A stretch of DNA of 64,000 nucleotides from Octopus vulgaris. Lineage: Eukaryota. Shown here in pieces: positions 27,150-40,254 of this stretch. The notes beneath the pieces were generated by a model. The model ran no database searches. It was not told the origin of the DNA and worked only from the letters and a program-made list of their open reading frames with translations. Numbering within the stretch: position 1 is the first letter of the stretch; every line of letters starts with the position of its first letter. The translations under genes and the position numbers were made by a program. The stretch lies in contig OX597833.1 in NCBI GenBank assembly GCA_951406725.2, forward strand, positions 69,006,001 to 69,070,000. The letters run 5' to 3'.

Positions 27150-27485
27150 AGCAACTTCGTACCAAAGAATCAAACAAGAGTACATGGTCTTGTTTGCAAT
27201 CGATTATGAATCGCCGTATGCAGGGTTAACAGTGGTACTCCAAACGGTGATTTCGTATTTTTGCTTTCAAATCTTGGTAGAAGGCCAACACATTGAGGGG
27301 TTCGGGCAGGCTGATTGCACCAGTATTACAAATAATATCAACTGATAATTATTTTATCGACTCACGGCATATATACATGTATATTCATGTATACGCGCGC
27401 ACATGTATATATACATACATATTTATATACATACACATATATATACACATACATAAATATTTTTATGTATGTATGTATGTATGTA

Positions 27486-27600
27486 TAGCCACTACACATA
27501 CTTTGTTTTCTCTCCTTGTTTCTTTCTCTGGAAGAGCGTAGGCTCGAAACTTTAAAAACTTTTTCACCTCCCGAGCGTTATACTAATACAAATGTTTTGT
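27486..27600 (+). mobile_element. Family H copy (degenerate core), inverted partner of 27632-28625
   Basis: tagccactacaca...gaagagcgtaggctcgaaac...gagcgttatactaataca. Confidence 0.8.
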
Positions 27601-27631
27601 GAATTCCCCCTCTATATATACATACATATAT

Positions 27632-28625
27632 AGCGAGAGTTTACGAAAAAAACAAAAGACGAAGACTGGTGGTATACAAAACAAACAGATGTATTAGTAT
27701 AACGCTCAGGAATAGAAAAAGACTTTTACGTTTCGAGCCTCCGCTCTTCTACAGAAAGGGACACAGAAAAAAAAAAAACAAGATCATCATCATCATCATT
27801 GTTTGACCGTGGTCGAGACAATGGAATTTACTATGTTACGCCAGACTTCACGGTCCATCATAGCATTACGGAGGTCCTGTTGCTGGATGCCTGTATCCCA
27901 GGAGATTACATCAGGGTAGGAGAGTGTGCGCCCTCTGGTATTGCGAGTAGATGGCTTCCAGAGGAGAAGAGTAGAAATTACCTCTTTTTCAGCTCTACAA
28001 CAATGTCCAGCAAACTGGACTCTCCTACCTTTCCCAAGAGATCACACAGGTGGTAGTTTCCCATATATTTGCATTTTGGTTCGATGGCGCTTCCACGAGA
28101 GATTTTGAGCTCTCATAAGGAGGCGAGTGTAGGTTCCATCCAACCGCCTCTCAAGCTTCTTTGATAACGTCCAGGTTTCTGAGCCATATAGTAGAATTGG
28201 TTCGACTGTGGCTTTGAATATTTCAAGTTTGAAGTCTCTACTTAGATTTGATGACCAGATTTTATGCATATCATTACAGGCTGACCAGGCCATACCCTTT
28301 CTAGTTAGAAAGTCTTTTCCAGATGATGATATGTATGACCCAAGATATTTGTAATCAGAAACCATATTTAAAGGCGCACTATTGAGAGTATGGGTGATGC
28401 AATCACTGTTGGACAGGCACTTGTTTATGTATTCAGTTTTGGCCTCATTGAGGTAAAGACCTACACAATTTGAGGCTTGTTCAAGAGATTGTAAAACAAG
28501 GAGAGAAAAAAATGTGTGTAGTGGCTAACGATCTATCATGGCGACTGACTTCAGACAGAGGAGTTACACAGGAGAGGTAAGTAGTAGGGGAGATAATAAA
28601 GTAAAGATGACCCCGAACATGTAGG
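27632..28625 (-). mobile_element. Family H copy split by RTE insertion
   Basis: Halves 27632-27782 and 28493-28625 rejoin to match 39165-39352; core cttt-CTGTAGA-AGAG-cggagg-CTC-GAAA-CG-TA-aaag. Confidence 0.82.
27783..28492 (-). mobile_element. 5'-truncated RTE-clade LINE (RT C-terminus)
   Basis: One frame: GLYLNEAKTEY...YKYLGS...ILLYGSETW...*...FAGHC...DREVWR, one premature stop at 28042; (TGA)n tail; 8-bp TSD aaaacaag. Confidence 0.92.
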
Positions 28626-29607
28626 TGCGTGTGTGTATAAGAGATATATACATATATACACACACATATGCATATATATACGTATATATATATATATACA
28701 CGTATATATATGTTTATGTATACATTTCGGTGGATGCTTTTATATCACATTTACTGTTTTATGATTAAGAGTATTTGTATCCGTGGAACTCTTCGTCGTT
28801 TAGAACATACTTTTACAAAAATGTACTTTAATTTTTATTGTACAACTCAATGCACAGCATCACCATCGCTGGACAATATATCATCAGTTTTAAATATATT
28901 AGAAACTTATTAAAATGTCTAATTAAGTTTAAGATTCAGAAAAACTATGACATTTGTCGCAATAATTCATCACATAAATTCGAGATTTATTTTATATTTG
29001 TAAAAATAGAATTGCATTCTTTTGTAGAATTTTTAGAAACAATGGAAGTATTTTGGAAGAAAATTGTGAGACTTGGAAATTATATGAAGCGAATAAATTA
29101 GAATGTTTTACATACATGAATGACAATTGAAATCCAACTATGAATATCTGTCTTCTAATCAGTTAGTATATCTCTCCTTCCCGCTCCGTCTCTCTCACAG
29201 ATATATATATGGCCAATTATAAAAAATATATATATAGTTGTACGTTAATCTGACAGGTTACCATGTACTTTTGCTGAGTATAAATTTATTATTCGTTGAA
29301 ACTGTCAATAATATATGTGTGTGTATGTGTATGTGGGAGTTGTGTATGCGTGGCAGTCCATATCTATGCGCATATGCATCTCCACGCGTACAGTAATGTG
29401 TGTATGCGTGTGTGTACGAACAATTTGTTCGAATTACCAAGTCTTTCGAAAGAAAGATCTTTCGGTTTCGATAACACTGCACAGCATGTTGTGCAAAGGC
29501 CATGTTCTACATCTTCAGTTCTATGTAAATTTGTGAGTGAAACAGGACAGAATGTAGCTAAAACACTCGGCTGTTGTTTACCTACTCTTTCGAAGGTGCT
29601 GTCTCTT

Positions 29608-29806
29608 CCTAATCTAGGCATAAGGCTCGAAATTTTGGGGGACGGGTCAATCGATTAGATCGACCCCACTACGCAACTGGTAATTAATTTATCAACCCCG
29701 AAAAGACGAAAGGCAAAGTTGATCTCAGCGGAATTTGAACTCAGACCGGTGAAATGCCGCTGAGCAAAATGCTCACCGTGCAAAATTTCCGGCCAGCTCG
29801 CCGCCT
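29608..29806 (-). mobile_element. SINE family A
   Basis: ggcataagg...tcgacccc...aaggcaaagt...gaatttgaactcaga...cagctcgccgcc. Confidence 0.82.
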
Positions 29807-30211
29807 TTCGAAGGTGATGTCTTGCCACACACTTCGTTACGCTGATTCTGTTCGTAAATTACCTAATAAGGATAGAACTCTTAATAATGCTCAAACACTG
29901 ATCCCGTGATTCAGAAACGAGTCAATGGAGAGATCAAAAGGTATGAATCCTCGTCGTTTAACAAACGATGTCATCACAGTATATATGTATATATATATGG
30001 TTCCGGGTTCAGTCCCACTGCGTGGCACCTTCGGCAAGTTAAAAGTTTATGGTATGGGAAATATGAATTTATTATGCAAGTTAAGGTTAATATCCAAAAC
30101 GTTGGCTTTAGTTATATCATTGTCAAAAACAATGCTGATGGACATTTTTCGGAAAAATTTCACTAAGCTATTCTTAACCCTTTGTAATTTTTGGTTATAA
30201 GCATTTTGACA

Positions 30212-30599
30212 AGTGGCTGTGTGGTAAGTAGCTTGTTTACCAGCCACATGGTTCCGGTTTCAGTCCCACTGAGTGGCACCTTGGGCAAGTGTCTTCTACT
30301 ATAGCTTCGGGCCGACCAAAGCCTTGTGAGTGGATTTGATAGACGCAAACTGAAAGAAGCCCGTCGTATATATATATGTGTGTGTGCGTGTATGTTTGTG
30401 TGTCTGTGTTTGTCCCCCTAGCATTGCTTGGCAATGTTATGTCCCCGTTACTTAGCGGTTCGGCAAAAGAGACCGATAGAATAAGTACTGGGCTTACAAA
30501 AGAATAAGTCCCGGGGTCGAGTTGCTCGATTAAAGGCGGTGCTCCAGCATGGCCGCAGTCAAATGACTGAAACAAGTAAAAGAGTAAAGAGTAAAGAGT
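30212..30599 (+). mobile_element. SINE family B (tRNA-like head, CORE-like ccttgggcaagt, internal microsatellite, (aaagagt)n tail)
   Basis: Homologous to 45960, 52496, 56617. Confidence 0.92.
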
Positions 30600-31051
30600 G
30601 ATTATCACGATAGAGACCGCCATTGATGTTTGGGAATTGGTCAGCCATCTCATAAAAGCTTTATATACCGACCAAATCAGTGGTTTGTGCTGAATCAGAA
30701 TATAATTCTGCAGTGTAAGGGAGATAGCCATTATGTAAGACATTTTTTTCGTTATAAAGGTACATCGATGAGTTTTAAAGATAATTACCCTAATAAGAAG
30801 GTATGTCCTAGCAAAACAGTTTGAATAATAATTCTATATGGTAAGGAGATCAAATCCAACCCTGCTTACCAGTTTCGTGAAGCTATACAAAAGAATTTCC
30901 TAAGAAATTCTAGATACAATTTGAGTAATAATTCACACCGAATTAGGATATATGTTCTCCCAACGCAAAAGATCCTTCACAAATCATCTCTTCTGCATAA
31001 TAATAAGTAGCTAAATACAGATCCCCTTTTTGTTGCTAAATACAGATTCAC

Positions 31052-31657
31052 TATTTTTTTCGAATCCTGTTTTAAACCTGTAGCCAGCCTTGATTCTCAA
31101 GGAACAACTATTGACAAAGTTTATGTTCAGAACTTCTTCGCCTAACGACGTAATGCTATTACATTTTCCTTTTAGTATGTATACGATATAAGCATTTCTC
31201 TGTTTGTTGTTTACTTGGTGTCGTCCAACTGACATGATATGATACGCAAAGATCATCCAGACAGATCCTATTCTTTGACGCACAGCACGCTGTTCAATAC
31301 ATACATATCTATATGTTCTTGGAAGTTCTATAAGATCTTGGAAGGTACGTATATTGACTGGTACCTTCCACAGCAACAACAGCTATGACAGGATCTGTAT
31401 TGAAGAGCGTGGTGTGCGTCAAAGAATAGGATTTGTCTTCAAGGTCTTTGAGTATCATATCATATCAGTTGGACGACACCAACTAAACAACAACAAGAGA
31501 AATGAGTATATCGCATACATACTAAAAGGTAAATGTAATAGCATTACGTCATTAGGCGAAGAAGTTCTGAACATAAACCTTGTCTATAATTGCTCCTTGT
31601 GAATCGAGTCTGGCGACATGATTGCACTACTGGTTTAACACAGAATTCGAAAAAATA
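31052..31657. repeat. ~600-bp imperfect inverted repeat (foldback element)
   Basis: Arm ~31052-31300 pairs with ~31397-31657; central hairpin tggaaggtac/gtaccttcca. Confidence 0.88.
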
Positions 31658-31847
31658 CTTATCATCACAGTCGAATAATATGTAGGGTTACATTGTAAAC
31701 TATAGAAATAAATATACATTTAAAGACATTTATCTATAATGTGATATTTTACATACACTCGAGTTTGTAAATCTTTAAGAAATATTTGTTCATAAGGTTA
31801 GATTTGAACCCAGATTACAAGTAGGAAACACAAAGTATAGTAGTACC

Positions 31848-32534
31848 TATTTCTTTACTACCCACAAGGGGCTAAACACAGGGAGGACAAACAAGGACAG
31901 ACAAATGGATTAAGTCTATTATATCGACCCCAGTGCGTAACTGGTACTTATTTAATCTAACCCGAAAGGATGAAAGGCAAAGTCGTCCTCGGCGGAATTT
32001 GAACTCAGAACGTAGCGGCAGACGAAATACAGCTACGCATTTCGCCCGGCGTGCTAACGTTTCTGCAAGCTCACCGCCTTTGCGACTAATGGATTAAGTC
32101 TATTATATCGACCCCAGTGCGTAACTGGTACTTATTTAATCTAACCCGAAAGGATGAAAGGCAAAGTCGTCCTCGGCGGAATTTGAACTCAGAACGTAGC
32201 GGCAGACGAAATACAGCTACGCATTTCGCCCGGCGTGCTAACGTTTCTGCAAGCTCACCGCCTTTGCGACTACGCAAAACCTCATACAGCTAGAACGACC
32301 CGGAATAAATTCAAGAAGCTTGAGGAAATCTAAGTGATGCCATACGCAGCATATAGTCCCGCCTCCCTCAGATTTTTACTTCTAATCCATGGCTGAATTT
32401 CTGCGACGCTTCATCAACAAAGGATGAAGAGCAAAGTCGACCTCGGCGGAATTTGAACTCAGAACGTAGAGGCAGACGAAATACCGCAAAGCATTTCGCC
32501 CGACGTGCTAACGTTTCTACCAGCTCGCCGCCAT
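31848..32534 (-). mobile_element. Chimeric retrocopy: SINE A head + mariner fragment + tandem SINE A
   Basis: 16-bp TSD aaagtatagtagtacc (31832-31847/32535-32550); mariner piece 32266-32420; 184-bp tandem duplication. Confidence 0.85.
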
Positions 32535-33285
32535 AAAGTATAGTAGTACCAACGCTGAGCTTTGGGTTCTAAGAGCAAAGCCGTACATAAAACATAGGCG
32601 AACTCACAACTATTCTCAATCTTTACTCCAAGAATATCGTCTCTCTTAAATTCACTCCCAAAGTTTTTATTTCCGACGTGGGTTAACATGCAACAGCTTA
32701 AATAGTACATTAAATTTATCAAGCTTATCAGTCTCTGAGGGCCCCGTAAAATACATGAACATTGTCGATTCTTTCAGACTAATTCATAAAAATTAATTAT
32801 TTATTTAATTTAATTTGTTTTGTTAACAAGAAACTGAAAATTTGTTGTTTATTTCCAACACATATCATCAGTTTATGTTATAAAATCGTGGCATTTCCCC
32901 AGTATTTTTAAATTGGCTTCAGTCATTAATTATAAATACCATGACTAAATTTAACAATAAACCTCATACAAGACAACTCACAACATATTACTAATAATTT
33001 AACAAATTATTTCGTTTAGTATTTGGTTTGCAATATTTTTAATGCACAGAAAATTATGTTCTGCTGTTTTATGTTCTGCTGTCTCAAATATTTGTGTGTT
33101 TAACAAAATTACTTGTATTTTCATGAGCAAATAACAGAGAATTTGCGTATACATTCAGCACGCTAGAAATAGCAACCGATTCTCCTTCAACTGCAAACAA
33201 TATTTATTGGATAGGTTTATCCCAAGGTGCCACACAGTGGGACTGAACCTGGAGCCATGTGGTTGGTAAGCAAGCCACTTTATTT

Positions 33286-33563
33286 CATGATATGTTACGC
33301 AAAGATCATCCAGACAGATCCTATTCTTTGACGCACACCACTTTGTTCAATACAGATCTATACGTTCTTGGAAGTTCTAGAAGTTCTTGGAAGGTACGTA
33401 TATTGACTGGTACCTTCCACAGCAACAACAGCTATGACATGATCTGTATTGAAGAGAGTGGTGTGCGTCAAAGAATAGGATTTGCCTTCATGGTCTTTGA
33501 GTATCATATCATATCAGTTGGACGACACCAACTAAACAACAAGAGAAATGAGTATATCGCATA
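33286..33563 (+). repeat. Partial second copy of the foldback element centre
   Basis: Matches ~31232-31517 including loop. Confidence 0.88.
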
Positions 33564-33728
33564 TTTGCCATGAAGGCATTACAAAGAGGGGACGAACAAG
33601 AACAGACAAACATAAAAGGCTACTGCCGCGAAGTTTTCTGCTGGCTCATGCAGCTGGTTCTTTTCTTGGATTATTTCGACCGACATATTCATTCGAAATA
33701 AATGATACACAATTTAATCCCCGAAAAA

Positions 33729-34063
33729 GGGAAACCTAAAATTTTTTACTTTTTTTTTTCCTCTTAAAGAGGACAACAGTTCAAATCCCACCCCCGCTGG
33801 GGGGGGGGGGGGGGACGTAGCAACAAATCCTACAACGTTCGAATTTTTTTTTTCACACAATAATAAAATATAGAATCTCCAAAAAACGGGAAACCTATAA
33901 TATTTTATTTCCTCACAACGAGGTTAACAGTTCAAATCTTTCCCACGCTAGTGACGGATGCCACAATAGAGCCTACAACGGTTAAAATTTAATTTTTCTC
34001 ACAATAATAAATTGCTTATCACCCAAAACGGGAAACCTACAATATTTTTTCCTCTTAATGAGG
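33729..34063. repeat. ~150-bp diverged tandem repeat, about 2.3 units
   Basis: gggaaaccta at 33729, 33888, 34030; aacagttcaaatc and cctacaacg recur. Confidence 0.8.
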
Positions 34064-34587
34064 AATGCCACCTCCGCTGTGGTGGGAGGCACGAAAATAA
34101 AGCATACGACGGCTTTTATGAGTTCAATATTAATAATTTCAATATTTCAACAATTACTTCCTCCCGTCACCGGGAAAAAGCACAAAAATTTTCGAAGTTC
34201 AACAATGTTTAACATTTCGAAAATATTCAACAATAGACAACAATTCTAATAGAAAAAAAATGTCCACCTGCAACAAAACGTTTGACTCACCGCCAAAAAA
34301 ATACGACGTCTTTCCATGACAGAGGTAAGCAAGCTACTTTATTTTATCGAATTTGCCATAAAGGAAGTACATAGAGTATGGTAGCTTGCGGGCTGGACAA
34401 GGACATTAATGAGGTGAATGATAATGATACAAGGATGATAAGGATGGGAGAAGACAAAAGGCGCCCGCCGACTTTTGCTTCTCTAAAACACTGTTTTTGT
34501 TTTTTTTTATACTGAGGTATTAAACCTCTTACAATATTCTTACACTTTTATGGGCAAAAATGTCCATTACAATTGAAAACAATTACA

Positions 34588-35065
34588 TCAATGATTCTTT
34601 AATAAACATTTTGTCTCCTGCAGGTATTCCAGCAACCGCGAGTTGGGGTCCTTTACACATGTTCTATACTCTTCCTTTGAGAAAGAGTCCATTATGTGAT
34701 AAAGGTTCCTTTCTTCCAGTACCCGAGCAGCCACCTGCGGAGGCCTCTCTGGAAGACAAGTCGAGTCTATTAGGTCCCGAGTATCAAAGGAACTTTCTAT
34801 ATAGTTCTCTACAGCCCCTTCCCTGAGATAGAAGATGATACGTTCTTCAGCATTTCCACTGGGAGGGGCCTTCTTCTTCCCCACCTACGGTGGCTCACGT
34901 TCCACGGAGGGGTTTTCAGAATATGCCGCCGGTGCGCCAGTAACCGCCGGCGATGCCCCGTTTTTTTCTTTCTTTTCTTTTTTCCCCGTTTTTCGCGTCG
35001 AGAGGGTGAGGTTCCACCGGGTTGTCCGCAGGTCCCTCCTTGCCTCCCGCCGCCACGGGATCCAT
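34588..35065 (-). pseudogene. Decayed orphan ORF (~158 aa; one frameshift, one stop) in a GC-rich segment
   Basis: MDPVAAGGKEG...KNG / KKEKKEKNGASPAVTG...EPP*VGKKKAPP...LLEYLQETKCLLKNH*; upstream acceptor ttctttcag at 35121. Confidence 0.4.
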
Positions 35066-35571
35066 CGGGTCGATTACTTCGATTAAAATTCTGGAAGGTG
35101 GTGTCCTAGCACGGTATTTACTGAAAGAAATAAACATAAAGAGAAAAAAGACGGGATGTTCAGTCTTTAGATGAAGTGTTGAACAAAACAGGTGAAAAAC
35201 AAGAACATTGTATAGCATTCCAAAGCATTTTCGTCCCACAACTGGACCCAGGGAGAGACTACAGCCGCTGCAACAGATCCTCTGCGTCTGACTGTCTGTG
35301 GATATCGATTATACTATGCACATTAAACGTACACGGGTCGAAGGGTTAGCAAAATATGTAGTGTAGGGGGTAGAGGCGACAGCAGGTCTTTTATTCCTTA
35401 GGTATAAAGCTCAGCAACGATCTAATAAAGAAGGTTCCAATAGAAATATTTCAATCTAGAATGATGGTAACGAAAACATTATTTTTTAATGAGAAAATTG
35501 ACCTTGATACTGTTCGCAAAGCAGGTTTTAAATGATCTGATTGAAAAGTGTGCATCTAGGTATTGGTATAG

Positions 35572-35933
35572 ATGTGGCTATGTGCTAAGAAGTTTGCTTC
35601 TCAGCTACATAGTTCCGCGGTTCATCGCACTGCGTGTCTTTTAGTATAACCTCAGAGCGATCAGAGCTTTGTGAGTGATGGAAAGTGAAAGAAGTCCGTC
35701 GTATACATACATACACACATATATATATATAAATATAAATATATGAATAAATAAATGGAGTTTAACGCAGGTGTAATCAAATATTTTTACTTTCGACACA
35801 TGTTTTTTCCTGAGGAGAAGATTGCATTGTTTATACCATTTATTCTTTTGAATAGTATCAGTGGAATTTTCGAAACATGTGATTTATTTTTTCCGTGTTA
35901 ATTGTTAACAAGGTAAAAATACACTCATCTATT

Positions 35934-35978
<45 letters not shown>

Positions 35979-36245
35979 ATGAGTGTATGTGTGTGCATGA
36001 GTATGAGTGTGTGTGAGAGAGAGTGGGTATTTGTTTTTGTTCCTCACCACCACTTTAAAACCGGTGTTGGTGTGTTTACTTCCCCGTGACCTAGCGGTTC
36101 GGTAAAAGTATCCAGGAGAATAAGTAGCGGGATTTTAAAAGAAAAAAAGTAATCACTGTGGTCGTTTTATTCGATTAACAGATCGTCAAGGTGGTGCTCG
36201 AGCATGGCCGTTGTCTAATGACTGCAACAAGTAAACGGAAACAAA
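35572..36245 (+). mobile_element. Degenerate SINE B with insertion in its internal (TA)n
   Basis: 5' half 35572-35705, 3' half ~36030-36245; insert ~35755-35930 carries a hammerhead-like motif. Confidence 0.7.
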
Positions 36246-36817
36246 AAAGACAGAGTAGGAATCCATAATCAACAAATATAGCCCTGGTCGCGAAGATATA
36301 TCCCAGTTCTTCAATTCTTGCTAAAGGGGGTTAGATCGAAGGAAATACTATTTTCCTCGTGACGGATGAACGAAAAGTATATATCCTATCCATCATTCAT
36401 GTCTGCTCCAGGCTGTTCACTCGACTGTCATATATAAAATACCCTCACCTTGATTACCAATGCAATCTTTGTCTCAAAAGAAAAAAAAAAGTTGACATTT
36501 CTAAATGATATACAGGCTATTTTGTTTTTTGTATTTTTTTTGTTTTTTTTTGTTTTTCAATTACAGTTTGTATTTCAGCCTCATTGTGCAATATTACAAA
36601 TGCGTTAAGGCGATAACGAATAACGCGCCGAGGGGAAACGAGAGAAAGAGGGAGGAAGAGAGAGAAAGAGAGGGAGAGAGATGTCGTGTGGAGGAAAAAA
36701 TGGCGAGGCTTAAATTAATCGATAAAAAAACCCCCTGATGAATAGCTTTCTTCTTTAGACATGCTTTCATGCATTCTCACTTTGAGGCTCATTTCCCTTC
36801 CTCTCTCTGACATCTCA

Positions 36818-36820
<3 letters not shown>

Positions 36821-36905
<85 letters not shown>

Positions 36906-36920
36906 CGTATACATTTATGT

Positions 36921-36972
<52 letters not shown>

Positions 36973-37225
36973 TTGTATATATATGTGTATATATTTATAC
37001 ATATATATGTATGTATATATATATGTATGTATATATATGTATATATATGTATATATATATATGTATATGTGTGTATATATCTATATGTGTATATATATGT
37101 AAATATATATATATATATGTATGTATATATATATGTATGTATATATATATGTATGTATATATATATATATGTATGTATATATATATGTATGTATATATAT
37201 ATATATATGTATATATATATGTATG

Positions 37226-37256
<31 letters not shown>

Positions 37257-37261
37257 GTATG

Positions 37262-37294
<33 letters not shown>

Positions 37295-37351
37295 GTATGT
37301 ATATATATATATATGTATATATATATGTATATATATATATATATATGTATA

Positions 37352-37396
<45 letters not shown>
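36821..37396. repeat. (TA)n/(TATG)n microsatellite
   Basis: Direct reading. Confidence 0.97.
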
Positions 37397-37852
37397 ACGG
37401 CTTGTTCACATTTTGAGCAAGACTCAAATTATAATAATTATTATCTGTCCAACGCATTGTGTACTCCTTCCTTCACTCTCTATATGAAGGTTCCATATGC
37501 ATATAAACCACCAGTATATAGGTTTGTGTTTTTGTATATATATATATACATATACCTGTGTGTATGTGTGCATGTATGTGCATCTGTGCATGTATAGACT
37601 GTAAGTATAGATGCACACTTATATACGTATGTGTGTATCTGTGTAAAAACTGCATATATATATATATGTGTGTGTGTGTGTATGTACAGACGCACTCACA
37701 CGTGCTTGTCATAGCTGCGTAAGTGAATGTGAGTATCTATACAGCCATATGCATCTGCGTACAGAGTGATGTCGACGTATTGTGTTGGCGGTGCTTACGT
37801 AGGAGGAAACGAGACGGCAGAAGACGAAGAGAGGAAAGAACGCGAAAATAAA

Positions 37853-37883
<31 letters not shown>

Positions 37884-39164
37884 GTAAGATACGAAAGATA
37901 AAAAAGAAAAGAAAAAATAGTCTCATTTATTTTATATGAAAACACGTTTTACGTGAAAGTCCCCTTCTCTCCTGAATTGTAATTTTCCCAACCATATCAC
38001 TTATCATTTCAGGAAACATCAGATGTTGAATTGCTATCTCAGTAAACTGTTATATACCTCAGCAGCAAACTATATGTGCTTGAATACATTACAAGTTTGA
38101 GTGTCTGCTGCTTTAACAAGCATTCTAAACGAAATGCAATGAAGCTAGATCACTTTTCTCCCCATTCCCATATTCTACGTTTATGTGCAAAACTCGAGAA
38201 CGAAATAAATATAAAATAAAAGAGAAGCCGCTTTAGTATTGGCCCTTTTTTTATTCCTATCATTTTAGCGACTCTTTCCGCATCATGTAGCGACTTTGAT
38301 GTTGGGAATTTGTATTTTATTCAAAGAGAGAGATGGGCTTATTTGTATTCATGATGTATTGATACACTTTTATCTTTAAAGCTACTATCATAAATATGGC
38401 TCTATATAAAGTTGACATTAATGGTAGCATGTCTATAAAAGGGAGGGGGGAAAATAGAATAAAAAAACTACACCCAATGGAATATTAGGCTGCTACGCAT
38501 CTTCGTTTCGTTGGATATAACGTATATTCCTATAATGCGTTCTATTCAGATGGAAAACGCGGTATGCACATTGGGGCTGTTGACAGTGGAATGTCTCGTT
38601 GACTTTAATCTTTCATCTTAAATCTAGCAAGGCAGCTACACAACATATGGTAAGAATAAATCTATTTCAGAATTCTTACACTTTTGCATTAGGCATAAAA
38701 GAAGGGAAAATATCTAATAGGATTTCAAAAATATGAATCCGAAATTCTCTCCATTCTAAGATAGGTTTTATATCGTGATATTATTTATTACTAAACTGCG
38801 ACATTATTTGCATAGTAAATATGGAAATTTTGATACCTTAACTAGTTTCATCCAGACGCTGCGATCATGCTGGAGCGCCGTCTTGCTGGGAATATTGGTT
38901 TATGATATTTCATTACCACATGTCTCAGTTAGTGTTAAAGATTACTGAATCGGAGATTTGGACATCACTACCATCATTAGCATTCCTTGGTCTGATGTCG
39001 GATTCTCTAGTATGCAAATATGTATGTGTTAGTGCTTGATGGTTCTATGCATTATCATCTATATGCATGCATTCATTTCTTTGTGCTTGTGTATTACAAT
39101 TACACGTATATATGTATGTATAATTCTATATATATTTTCAGACGCATATACACACATATAGTTA

Positions 39165-39352
39165 CATCGTTAGCCACTACACACATTTTTCTCTCCTTGT
39201 TTCTCCCCTTGATTTTTCTGTGTTCCTTTCTGTAGAAGAGCGTAGGCTCGAAACGTAAAAGACTTTTTCTATTCCTGAGCGTTATACTAATACATCTGTA
39301 TGTTTTTTGTACACCACCTGTCTTCGCCTTTTGCTTTTTCGTAAACTCTCCC
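39165..39352 (+). mobile_element. Family H hammerhead-bearing short repeat, uninterrupted
   Basis: cttt-CTGTAGA(39230)-AGAG-cgtagg-CTC-GAAA-CG-TA-aaag; ends in (TA)n. Confidence 0.82.
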
Positions 39353-39654
39353 TATATATATATATATATATACATATATATAGGGGTAAATATCTTGATT
39401 TGCCTATAATCGAATTGAGTCGCCGATTTACTTGCGCGTGTGCACTAGTAAAACCTATTACTGGCACACGGATTCATGTATATGGGAGTATATGTGAGAA
39501 TATATCTCTACTTTTACCTACTCTATAGAGTTATGTGTACATGTATGTGTATATATATTTGTATATATTTATATATGTATATGTATATACACATCAATTA
39601 TGCTCATATGCCTGCATGTGGATATGTGTATACGTTCTCTCCCTGTCTCCGTAC

Positions 39655-39708
<54 letters not shown>

Positions 39709-40061
39709 GTGATATGCCATTATCTTTAAGTATCTGTCTATTTGTATCCTTATGTTTGTATATATGTATGTTTATATATCTTTCTATATATATATATGTT
39801 TACCCTTGTAGACCTATGTCTATATGTTCTCTGTATTATTTGATTGTGAGCGTATCATTATATATTCTTTCATACCGGTATGGGTAAAAAGTTGTTTTAA
39901 TCTTACGCGTGTGTACTGTTTATATGTGGTTGTGAATTTGTATATATGCATAAAAGTATGTATGTATATATATATATATATATATATGTATATACATATA
40001 TATATATACATATATTTGTGTGTATATATGTGTGTACATGTGTATGTATGTATGTATGTAT

Positions 40062-40117
<56 letters not shown>

Positions 40118-40254
40118 GTACATACACATGCATTTTACTGTGTATATATGATATGAAATTTATTTCGTAATAAAAACTGGTAACTGTACCCATCCACGCA
40201 TTCTTTTCTTATAAATAATCTCCTGCAATTCCAATTGTTAGATTTTCAGATCTA

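Larger units (their letters stand above)
33729..35349 (-). mobile_element. Possible piggyBac-like DNA element (one terminus seen)
   Basis: Minus CTAA|CCCTTCGACCCG resembles TTAA|CCCT; subterminal tandem repeats at other side; no clear second TIR. Confidence 0.3.
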
